From Marsupella aquatica (taxonomy: Eukaryota > Plantae > Marchantiophyta), in assembly GCA_973895155.1 (NCBI GenBank), contig OZ316893.1, positions 19,844,857 through 19,908,856 on the forward strand: a stretch of 64,000 nucleotides of DNA, read 5' to 3'. This document shows positions 9,637 to 21,403 of the stretch, piece by piece. The notes below the pieces were generated by a model. The model saw only the letters and a program-made list of their open reading frames with translations. It was not told where the DNA came from and made no database searches. Each line of letters begins with the position of its first letter. Position 1 is the first letter of the stretch. Made by a program: the position numbers and the translations under genes.

Positions 9637-12600
9637 ACATCATGAACTTAGTCTGGTTGGTCCAGTTCTACGCAAGGATGTTCTTGAAGGGGTTTTCTAA
9701 TTGGGTCCAGCTCTGCCTCAGTAAGGTGTAGCCTTAGTGGTTCCATGGCGGTTTGGTCTCGAGGAGGTCAGTACTTTTTTTTCCATTTCCTTTGTTTGTG
9801 CGGTGCTTTTGCACATCCCCTTTCTGAAAACTTTATCGTGTTTGCCCGTGGCTCTGAAGCCTTTTCGCCGCCACGGCCAATAGAAGGAATGCGTTTCGTG
9901 CCCTTTTCGAAAAAGGAAAAATACGGATCTGGTTGATAATAGGAACATTACTGCAGTGTGATTATTATACACTTTATATATTCGGGACCATTAATGCTCC
10001 TCTATGCTCTGACCGAATAATTCTGGTACACGAAATTATAGAATACTGCATGTCTGTCGTGGGTGAACTAGAGAATATTCCCTGACCCTTTCTATCTGGA
10101 CCTACCCCGGAAAGACGGAAACGATTCAACCCACTCGACGGCCCAGATTCCCCTGCCCGCCTTTTGGAGCAAACAATTCGCGGACAGTACGAGAATATTG
10201 ACCGCCGATTCTTCGAATCGACCGCCTGCAGGGAATCTGTCAGACGCGGGTAAAGAAGCGGAATAATAAAAGTAATGAGTGGGGGACGGTGTTGGTGAGG
10301 AGGGGTAATTACTCCTTTTTACTAGCAATATTTTAGTCCTTGGAAAACGTACGTTGTACATTGTTGGGTACTAAGGTACTCTGGTGGAGCAATCATCTCC
10401 ATAGTAGAAAGCCCTTCTTTAGTTCTTTTGTAGGTCTCTCAGCGCAATCAATGGCCAAGCGGTGACGAGGAGGGCGGCATTTACCTGAAGAATCTCCCGT
10501 AGTTGCTTTTTCGGTTACCGTATTGGATTGTGAGTGTTATCATGTGATGCCATTGGGCCATTGGGGGCCTCATCTATAGGTAAGCAATATTATTATTTTG
10601 ACCTCCTTCAGTCCTTTGGGGCGAAAAGAGAGGGAATCTTGGCTCCCACTTCCTTGGGCGTGGTGGCCCCCCCCCTTTGCTGGGCTCTCTTGAGTTTCTT
10701 ATTTGTTTAGTAACTCCTTTTCAGGTAAACTAGGATCCACGTAAGTACGAGACTCCTTTCTATCCCTCTCTCGGTAAAGGCCGCCGAAGATTCGCCGCTG
10801 CAGGAACGAGGCGAATCTTCTTAATTAGGGGGACGCAACGGTGGAGGGGAGATGATTCCTCCACACTCATTTACTTACTACTATTAGAAGATATTTAGTT
10901 CGCCTGACTTTTCGACGCGGGACTGTGATTCGACTGTGCACATCAACCTGGACCTTCTACTTCTCCCAAACGGCGCTGCGCCGGTTTGGCGATGCACCAA
11001 ACGGGATGTGTCGTGTTGGGAGCGCGAATATTAGGCGCACTTTCCCGAGGGCCAGACCTTTTCGAGGGTGGGCCCCCCGTCGGCTATAGTTAGTTAGTTT
11101 TGTCTGTAGCACTAATGCGGGTTCTGTAGTACTACTGTGCATGGTTGGTTGGTTGGTTGGAACCCAAGGACGAGGAGGGGGCTGCCCGGCTGCTGACGGG
11201 GTGGCCGCCTCGGCCGTCGATGAGTCACCAGGGTACCGAACTCGGTTATTACCCAAGAATGCAAGAAGAAGAGGAGAGCGGCTCTGAGCGGGAGGGAGGG
11301 AAGAATAGGGTGATGAACGAAGTTCGCATGCAGGAACCAGTGTATTTTTTAAGGTTTTTGTTTTTTTGCCAGTGTAGCGAATGTTTGCTTCTCTTAAGGG
11401 AGTAGATTTTAGAAATATTCTCTGTCAAATTTTATTGTGACCCGTCATATATCCTTATATTTATATATTTATGAAGGACCTTTAAATTCTGGCTAATGGG
11501 GTCCATGATTTGGTGGAAGAGGGCTAATGGTGTCAAAAAATGTAGCAAATATTAGCCCAAAGTGGGCAAAAGTTTTTTTGAATGTGGAATTTGTCTAAAA
11601 TTTGCACTTAAAAAATACGCTAGCAAGAACCCCTTTTTGAGTTGTGCTGATGCGGAGGTTTGATTGGTGAGGGAAAAAAACCGTTGACGATGAGGATGAG
11701 GTTCCAATCTTTCTGCGCCTCTCAGTGGGAATCTCTAATCGCCCAGGTCAGGAAGTTGTCTCCCCACCACCATCGCTCACACACACACACAATTCACAGC
11801 CGAAGAAGTACTGAGGAAGGAGACGGAAGGAATCGAATGAGATTTCAATTATTTTACGGGAGTAGAGAGAGGCCGGGAGAACCTCGTGCCAGCGAATCGG
11901 TCCAGAGTGGATGGCTGGCCTCTGGCTGCTCGCTCGCGCGCTCAGGGATCAGGGATTTGCTCCGGATTTGATGCTTTGGTTCGCTATTCTTCGATGATAA
12001 TGAGTTTCCTTTCCGTAGACGGCATGTTCTCTCGACCTCCATCATTCTGTCTGGGCCTCCTGCGTTCCTGCCCATGCAAAGCGATGCGATGGGTCGTGTC
12101 GCTGGGCGGGATTCTCTTCCTTTGGTATGCTTTCCTCCTGGGCCTCGAAGGCTCTGCAGGAGGGATTATATTCCTCTGCATTTCATTTACTGATTGAACA
12201 CGGAATCGATGGTGACGGTGGTTCGCTTGCGTTGGGGCGACAATCCCTACCCTCAATGCATGCGGATGGGAATAATCGATTTCCAGCGTGGACTCCACCA
12301 CAGTAGAGTTCGAGCAGCGCGGACTTCTCTTTTCTGGGCACCGTGCTTGCTGTTTTCTTTTTAAAGTATCTATCTTAAAGCCATCCAGGTTTACACAATA
12401 GTAGATTATTATTAAAATTTGGGGTCTTACTAACAAAATATTATGGCCTCTTTGTGAAACCTTCAAAGAACTTTGTCATGAAAAGATTAACATAGTAGTG
12501 TAAACATTTACTTTTCAATGGATATAGATTTCTTCCTGTTATATTGAATATAGGAGAAATGTCTTGATTTATTTTGTGAAATGAGAAATAATTAATGTTA

Positions 12601-13529
12601 TAAAAGGAGTACCACACCATTTGTTTCAATGAGTGGAATTTGGCCACTGAAACCAAAATGCCAATTTAAACCAAAATCTACCTTCTCAAAAAGTTGTGTC
12701 AGCTTTTTGGGGCCCCAATTAGCCAGATGCTCACGAAGCGTCAAAGCCTACCAGCCAGAATCTGATGGCCCTCCCAAAATCTAGGCAAATCCACGTCTAC
12801 AATTAATCTAGGAAATTTAAATAAGGAACATGGCTAGCATCTCCTCCTTTGACACAAGCTAATTGGCTGGCAGGAGGGAAAGCCCCCAGTATTCTTTTCA
12901 TAGAAATTCTTCCCCTATTACAAGTGCCTGTGGCACATAACACATTAAACTGGCTGGAGACAGTTTGGAGCAGAACCAATGTTGCCTGCAGCAACAGAAC
13001 CCTTTGCTAAAGCACGAGCATGTGACAGTCTTTGATACTTGAGACTACTGGCCAGGAGTCACCCTTGGCCACTTGAGCTGACCACCCGGGCCCACTCAAG
13101 TGGTTCTGAGATCTTTTTATTGATCAATCGAAAACTGATCCAAGACATTCTAAAGAGAATAAAAAATAAACTAAGTAGGAAAACGAAATGGAAGTTCCGA
13201 TACATTATAAGGGTTGACACGAGCTTCTCTATTTTTAAAATGCCATGGACCAATTTTAACTCACATAACGCATTTCTTTTGTATAAATTCGCACATTGAC
13301 TTCCGTTGCTCAGATGGAAAATAACCTTGGACCTCAGAACTTTCAAAGACAAAACACATTTTGACACCCACCAATTTTCCTCTCTTTTTTTTGTGAAGAA
13401 AGGATACCAAGTCTGAGTGACAGGGCAGGGCAACTGGACCTGTAACTTGGGCAAGGGAAAACCCCAGAAATTATATAACAAGTGCCTGTAATGGCAAAAC
13501 ACATTAAAGTTGTCTTGCATGTAGTCAAC

Positions 13530-13862
13530 CTTAGATTTTGCTGCCCTAGATTTTTCTGCCCTAGATTTTGCTGCCCTAAATTGAATGTCTGGCATTATAT
13601 TATTCATGGAGACTTTCATACCTGAAGCCACTCAGTAGACCGGCTTCATGGCAGTTAAAGTTGAGGGGCAAAGGCCTGAAATTTTATGGCCCTTCAAGTC
13701 ACAACCTGTGAAAATTGAATAAAACAATTTGACTCATTATGCACTCGCAATATAAGGTGCCTGGCCTAGTGTGAGTAGCCACATGGTGCATCTCTCATGG
13801 CTTTTTCCTGGCAGTTTGGGAGAACTGAGGGCTGCAAAACTGAGGGCTGCAAAACTGAGGGC
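13530..13862. repeat. Two short 15-bp tandem arrays
   Basis: (CCTAGATTTTGCTGC)x~3 at 13530-13580 and (AACTGAGGGCTGCAA)x~3 at 13823-13862. Confidence 0.8.
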
Positions 13863-16800
13863 CTACTACTTGCATGGCAGCCCTTACAAAGCCGGCTGGC
13901 TTGATTAGATCTGGTTAAGGGTCTCCCTGTATTTGTCATTAATCTCTCTGTGTGACTGCTGAAATGGACCAGCTGTTTGGTTGCACCCTCTCGGCGTTTT
14001 CTGGTTTTCATGTTTTGGGCCCTCTGCACCTTTTCCCAAATAGGAAAAACATGTTTCATGTGACGTTTGTGTAGAGGTTTTATTGAAACTGCCGGTTGAA
14101 AGGTATCTGCCCCTTCTTCGTGCAAACACCTATCAAACTCATATACTATAAAAAATTAAAAAGTTGGTGAAAATTTGGAAATTTGGAAAAGAGGTGAGGG
14201 TCCTAGGAAGAAAGAAAATACTACTGGGGAAAGGGAGGGTTTGGGGTCCAATTACAGCACAAGTCAAGACATCAGCTACTCCATAGCACAAGGCTAAGAC
14301 ACACTGACATGCCAACAGCTAACTCACCCACTAATCATCAATAGGTAGATTAGTAAGTTTTAAATAGAAGGGTAATTTGAGCCATGTACAAGTCAATTAT
14401 CTGTAAACAGCAGAAAGATAGATCCCTGGTTGTGCAACATTTTGATTTTTGGACTTGGTTTCCCTCAAAGAAATAAAAATTATAATGAAAAGTTACATGG
14501 TCCAAATATGTGGATAACCAACAAAGAAAAGCTCTATTCTACTTACTTTTAGACACAATATTGCATGATCCTATAGAATTTGAATCTTGTCATTAGCTTA
14601 GTTAATATAGGATAGTACTTCTGCACAAGGAAAACCTAGCTTTGACCAGTGTAAAGGAAAATGTGTACCCTCCAATGGGTTGTATAGAACCAATTCCTTT
14701 CGACAAGGCCCATTTGGATGCCTTAGTGAGTAACATGGAAGAGAACTACATTTGGACATCTATATTAGTGTTAATCTTGCTTCCCATTTAAGTAATTTTG
14801 AATATCTATACCAAGTTCGCAATCATCAAATCCTGGATAGACTTCAATCTTGGGTCCATTTCATGATGCGCTGCAGTATTCAACTCCTACTGGTTTCCAA
14901 ATCAGGTTTAACTATGAACCCAGCCCGAACGTCCCACTATGGGAGTGTCATCACCTTTCAACATCTTATAGTAGTTAACTTGGACTTTTAAGTCCGGGAC
15001 TGGATGACCCTCAACCCCTTTCCAATGACTTTGTCATCATTTTATGGATAAAACCTTTGGTGTGCTTAGCATGCTTTTTCAAATATTTTTAATAAGCTTT
15101 CCAATGACTCTAAGAGTGTCAAATATCTATGATTCTCGAAAAGATAATGAATGAAACAATCTACCTTGCTTGAAAGTCTAGCTATGGTGAAAACATCAAA
15201 CAATTTCAAATTTCTCCTTGATCTTTGGATGCATTATTTTTACAGAATTCTTAGAACCGTTTCTGAAACATGTTTCCAATAAGGCTATCATTGTGATTTT
15301 GTCAAAATATTGAAGATCTTACAAGTTTCTGAATTGTTCTACCCTTCCTTGAAAGTCTACTAAGCTGCAGCCCCCCTAGTGCTTATAACGAGAGAATGGA
15401 TTGATGCTTAAGCTGGACAAATTGCTGAGACATCTAAATGCTTTCCTTGATAGCTAGAAATTCTTCAAAAGTATGCAATGCCGTATGGCTCGGGACAATC
15501 AAAGTGGTTTTGAATTTACCACATGACTGTGTGATAGCTCACTTGAGTAAGGACTCATAGTTCTTGGGTTCAAATAACTGGCTCTTGTTGACTCCCTTTT
15601 TGTGGGGTTTCACAAACTTCCTCTTATAAATATTATAAAAAAGGGTTTCAAATTTCTCACTCATCTCTCAATAAAACCTTTAATACTTACAAGAATTTAT
15701 TTTTAGGAAAAGCTTTTCAGTGCCTATTATTGACAGATTTTATCAAGTACTAAGGAAATTATAATTATTTAAATTTATTTATCTTTCCAATGAACCTAAC
15801 ACTGCAGGTTTCATAAGTACCAATGATACCATGAGTTTGTTAATTTATCTAGGTTCTCAATGAACCTAACATTGCCAGCTTCTGTCAAGTACTGGAAAAC
15901 CATCAGTTTATAATGAATTTCTTTAATTTTGAATTAAAATTGACAGATTTTATTTTGAACATCATGAGTTTTGAAATTTCTCTAGCTTTCTTATGCACCC
16001 AACATTTAATCAAGTACCAAGGTTAAGATCATTAATATATCAAGATCAGCTAAGGAGATCAGATATCTTAGTGTACAATACGGCCGAAGGGGTTCTCATG
16101 ATTTATATTTTTGTTGATTGTTTTAGAGTAAAAGCATTCCAATGTTAAACACCGATATATCACTAACACCACATCCAATGGCTACCCTATTGTTTCTGTT
16201 TTAAATCTAATTTAAATTGATAAATTTTTACATTTAATGGGTCTAATTGTTTTTTTCTTTCATCGTGCTAAACAGAAAAAGGTGTATTTGTTTTTAGGTC
16301 AGAACGTCATTTGTCTTGCTTGTGTCCAAATATGCTCATGTGGTCACGCTGATGCTAGGGATTTTAGAAAGAGATTCCCATGAGGATCTGTAAATAAAAT
16401 TATGGAACTCTTTCTTATCGTACCTTAGTGCCATCCAAATGCAAAACCAAAATATAATTCTAATGTGTTTTCGCTTTTTAATTTTAGAAGTGGTAGACAA
16501 TGAAAAGTACATTATAATATTCTTAAAATTTGCATCACAAAATTCTGAAATATTGTGTGAATCAAATCAGATATTTTAATGATTCTTTATGTATTTTGCA
16601 AACCTGGATCGAATGACACTTTCTGGAAGGGGCTTGCTCTAACACAGCAGGAAAAGGAAGGAAAAAGTGTATCGCAAGAGCCACCAAAAGGAAAACAAAT
16701 AGTGGAAGTGTGAGGTTCTCAGATATGACGTGCCAGGAGATATTTATCATATCGGATGGTGCTCCCTAATATCAGGAGATCGGATGGTGGAGAGTAGCCT

Positions 16801-19239
16801 GACATGCAAGGGAGAACTGGCCAGGCTTGTGGGGGATTCCCTTCCTACCAACCTCGGAATCAAATAGAAAGTTAAGATTACACTTTTAGAGATTTAAAAA
16901 AACAAACAAACACCTACTGAGCGCAATTGCTTAGACTTTTTCTTATAAATGATATTCTTAAACTTTATATAGGAGTAATGCTTTAGAAAGTTGATGCTTG
17001 ATGGACCACAATGTTTGACCTCAGGATTCCAATGGACTAAACATTTTTTAGCAACCAAACAGGAGAATCTACAGCACTAAGGTGAAAGAAAGGTACTATT
17101 TGAGTTGGTAGCATTGTCTATAAATCACCCATGTGGAGCAAAACGGTCCATCTGAGCAGCTTGGCAAATTTTGTAGACTACGAGAGCCTTGGGTTACTAA
17201 TAGGGACTATCCCCTCCTGTCAAAATTGGGACACACAATAAACTTAAACATTAATAATCTGATGAACATGCCTTAGGAAGTAGTAGCTTTGTGTTAGTGC
17301 ATTGGACCCATAATCAGGTACTTAATATGTAGGCAAATGATAACACATTGTGAAAATAATATAATTGCTTGTATATGCCAGACTGCCAAAGAGCGAAACA
17401 TAGCCAAACAATAAAGATCCCAAAGGGGGAAGGTTTGGGGGGGGTACGATAGGCCTAACTTAGCCAGATGTAAGCACAAACTCATCCTTACTTGATCTTT
17501 GAATTACTCTACCCAATGATTTTCTATCAAGTATGTGGATTGGCTGCTCAATCCTGACCATCTAGTGTCCTTTCTAAAACTCTTAATATAATATTGGCCT
17601 AATGCCAACATCAACCACATGGCGAATTTGTTGGAGATGGCTGACAATCAAGAGTTCTGCATGTGAGTGAGTTTGCAAAAGGTTAGGCCGTCATTGTAAT
17701 GTTCTTCTCTTTCTAGACCAAAAAGAACTGTATTGTGTATGCACTGTTTGGGGGGGAGGGGGTTGGGAGGGTGGTTGGTTGCCCTCTCTAACCCAATCAC
17801 AAAAATTGGAGCCCACATTATAGGAGATTTTTGTCAAATACTCTTGGACGTTGCCCCTCTCCCAATAGCAAAGAGAGAGCCCACAAACTTTGGAGATTTT
17901 CAGAGGGGGTCAAGTACTGGGCAGCCTCAAAGGAAACAATTATGTCTGTGTCCTCTTTGCCCTTGATAACCAGAATGATTCATTTTGGTGGGGGTCTGTA
18001 TGGGTCAGGTGTCCCCCTTCTCCTCAGATAATTATATAAATATCTGGTTCTTTTCTTAAGTTTCTTGTGAATATCTTGTGAACAAGGAAGACTTAAGTAG
18101 TGAGGAGGGGAGGGGGGGATAAGAGGGAGATTGCATATTATAGTGTTTAGATAGCTTCTACAGTTGGATTTGGAGATTCAGAAAGTGTTTAGATAGCACC
18201 CTATTCCTAGAAAATTCAGAAAAGATTCCTCAATTGCCTTGGTCAGGTCTGTGGTCAGGTTTTCCTCACCTTCTGGTCACAGGGTTACATGCTAGTAACC
18301 AGGAATACACGGCCATTATCCTACACAATTATAGGGTGTGTCAAATTAACTTTTGCAAGGCTGTATGAATTTGCCATCATGGTACAATGCATAAGAGTTC
18401 TGCAATCTGCCTATACAGGAGCTTTTAGGATTTGCTTCCTGACCCAAGTGGGTTTCTCTCCCACTTGTTTTTTCCAAGTGGGTCTCTTCTTTTCTTCCCT
18501 CCCATGTGCTGTTTGGTACCATTTAATTGATTTGACCTTTGCCAAATATGATGCTCCCATAGCCTATAGATAAACCATCCAACCAGAATGGACTAATTAT
18601 AAATTATTCTGTGAGATTATGCTGCCCATTGGGACCCCTCACCTCTGTTAGTGTGAATGGAAAACAGTGTTACTAACAATAAGAGGAGAACAGGGCTCTC
18701 TCTTCATTAATTCATGCATAGTAGGGCCAAGGATTTTCTTTGCGCAACCTGGGAGACCCATCTTTGTTCCATTGGGCAAACAGTTAATGTTTGGAATGAA
18801 AAGTTTCACTTATGTAGTTAACACTAATTCATGACTGAAGTAGTGTAACACAATTGAGGTTAACAGTGTTGAGTTTGATGCAGACTTCATTTTGGGCCTT
18901 TCCCTTTGAAGCCCTTCTTCCAAAACCAAACAAAACTTAGTCTCTTTGTCCATTGTGACTAGGTTCTACTAATGTACTTTGGGCAGGTGACACTGATAGC
19001 CCGTTGGAAGCCTCTAAGTGGGGAAAAAATGTATGGTCACATTATGACAGTTAGATCATGTAGGATCAAATCTGGACGACTAAGTTTGACAACAATCACT
19101 CAAATTACGCGAAAAACTCTTTGTCATATTTGCAAGCCACTTCACTGGGTACCAAAGGTGCGAAAACTCGCAACAAAGGGAAAATGGATTGGAAACGCGC
19201 TCCTCAAGAGGATGCATCGCAATCTACAGTAAATTGGAA

Positions 19240-19398
19240 AGTTCCTTCATAGACGGACTACCGTCATCGACAGACAGCTACCGTCAGTTTCACGACTGGA
19301 ATCTCCGTCAGGACCGTCAGTTCCTTCATCGACGGCCTGCCGTCATCAAGAGACAAGCTACCGTCAGTTTCTCGACTGGAATCTCCGTCAGGACCGTC
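19240..19398. repeat. 79-bp tandem duplication rich in CCGTC/GACGG motifs
   Basis: AGTTCCTTCAT...GGACCGTC at 19240 and 19319. Confidence 0.85.
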
Positions 19399-20698
19399 TT
19401 TCCGACGACAGGTTCGAGATCCGACACGCCCCCTGCGATAGTAAAGGAGAAGCGGAGGGACGAAAGAAGAATCGTTGTTGCTAAGGGTCGTCGTCCCTTG
19501 GCACGGGCAGGCAGGCAGGCAGGCAGGAAGGAAGGCAGGCAGGCGGGGCTGTGTGGCAGCGTGGCCCATGTTAAAGTACGGGACGCTTCAAGACCGCGCT
19601 CTGTGCTGCGTCTTCAGTCTCGTGCTATTCCCGCGACACGACGAGTACTAATAGACGAGTCCGGTGCTAGGCTGGGTGATCTGCCGTGCCGTTGTTTGTT
19701 GGTGTTCGGTGGAAAGAAGAAGAGTGAGAAGCGCCGGTGATTGTTTGAGAACTCGAGGTGGAAGAAACAACTAACTTGCACTGAGGACAAGAAGAGATCG
19801 ACGAAAAAAGGAGGTTCTGGCGTGACCTTTCCCTTCTACGATACGGTGCCGGGGCATGCTTTTTTTGGATTGAAGCATATGTTGGCACAGGTTTCTCCAC
19901 CTTCTCTGCCGATAAGTTGTGTTCTCTCGTATACCTGGATCCCTTTACTGCAGCTTGCTAAGCGATATCGTCGGTCCGGGTGTCTGATTTCGATCTCGTA
20001 CTGTGGAGCTCCGAACGCCGTGGCTCTCATTCTTCGCTCCAGCTCTGTGCTGAGTTCAGAGTGTCGTTGCCCTCGCTCTTGCCCATCCTACCTTTGTGCT
20101 TGGGTCTCCCCTTTCGCGCTTGCTACAATCTGTTTGAGTGACGGTTGACAGGGGTATGCTGCTGAAAGTGGTTGATTCACTCCTCCGAGTCCGGCACTTA
20201 CGAGTCTCTTTGGGTGTGGATGATCGCTGGAAGTTTGAAGTGGATCACTAGCGACTGAGTGGAATCGGGAGGTGTGAAAGCGGTGGACGATGTGTTGAAC
20301 GTGTTTCTGGAAGCGTACAGTGGATAAGGTTGGGGGACTCTTACTGAGGCTTAATCAGGGCAAACAGTGGTGGACGCTCTTCTGGAAGCAATATTGGAGT
20401 AAAAGCGAGGACGTTGTGAGTTGGTTTAAAAGTGGAAGCAGAAGTGGACGTGAGAGCGAGCGCGAGCGCGAGGAGGAATACATATTGGCCAAAGTTCGGC
20501 GACTTTTGGTGGGATTTGTGGCGTTAGGTTAGAAGGCTGATCTTGGTCTCTGCCTTCGAGTAACGGAAGGGGACGAGTCCATTTTCTCGTAAGCGCGCCA
20601 CTGAGTGCAAAGCTGTCTGACCAAGGGAGTCGGGTTGTGCTAGTCGGGCAAGGAAGCTCGGCTCTACTAAACTAGTGAGAAATATAGCTTCCCCGGAG

Positions 20699-21403
20699 AT
20701 GACGTTTGTCGACATGGCAATCTCCCAATCAGCGGGAGAAAATCTCGCTGTTCCACAGAGGGGTGTTCTCTCGGTGGAACTTGAAATCAACGTATCGGCT
20801 GATAGGGCGTGGGCGGCAGTAAAGGATTTGCCAAATGTCCTTCCCAGGCTGATGCCGCAGTTGCTCCAGGAGGTGATTATTACCCAAGGCAACGGTGGTG
20901 TAGGAAGCATTCGGGAAGTTCGCGTTCCTGCTGGTAAGCATTGACCATAGAGCGTGTTTTTTTTTTTGAGTACACGTTACAGTCGGTATGTCTAGAGCGT
21001 CCCGTTATATCGATGCTGCTAGGGAGCATGTGTTTCCCCGAGTAGGAGTTGTGTCTACAGATCGATCGTGTTGGCTTATCCCTGTCATGGTGGGTAAACT
21101 GCAGGACCTTTCACGCGGCCACATCTGTATGCCGAGGCTGTCATCGACCTCCTCGATGACAACAGCCGGACCGAGATTCACCGGATAATTGGAGGCAAAA
21201 TGAAGAACTTTTACTCGTTTTATCGGTGCACGAAGTCGTTCACACCGGCCAAAGACGGGAAGTCTTGCATCGCTACCTGGACGGTGGAGTACGAACCTAT
21301 GATTCAAGGGAAAGTGGAGGCATCGAAGCAGAGTGTGTATGCCGTCCTCTACGCCCTGGAGGACTATTTATCGAAGAGCGATGCATATTTGGACGGTCTT
21401 TGA
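20699..21403 (+). CDS. Bet v1/PR-10/major-latex-protein-like (SRPBCC/START superfamily) protein, 2 exons, ~177 aa
   Basis: Exon 1 20699-20933 (alternative ATG 20714), phase-1 intron 20934-21104 (GTAAGC...CTGCAG), exon 2 21105-21403. The joined protein has Bet v1-fold motifs ELEINVSADRAWAAVKD, the Gly-rich loop QGNGGVGSIR and C-terminal WTVEYEP...ALEDYL. Confidence 0.9.

Noticed and set aside
10599-10616. miR319-like complement CTCCTTCAGTCC
   Set aside because: Only ~12 nt match and no partner arm forming a miR319 precursor.
10280-11260. Twister or hammerhead ribozymes (GTGGAGGG/TAACTCC words; GATGAG...CGAA at ~11219)
   Set aside because: Required cores are missing: no GGUNNNAAGCCC twister P4 loop and no intact CUGANGA...GAAA with closed stems.
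17695-18289. Possible solo LTR (TGTAAT...GTTACA)
   Set aside because: Flanks GTCAT and TGCTA do not form a TSD.
19189-19740. 183-aa ORF
   Set aside because: Built from the 79-bp duplication and (GGCA)n microsatellite, has a non-ATG start and no recognisable domain.
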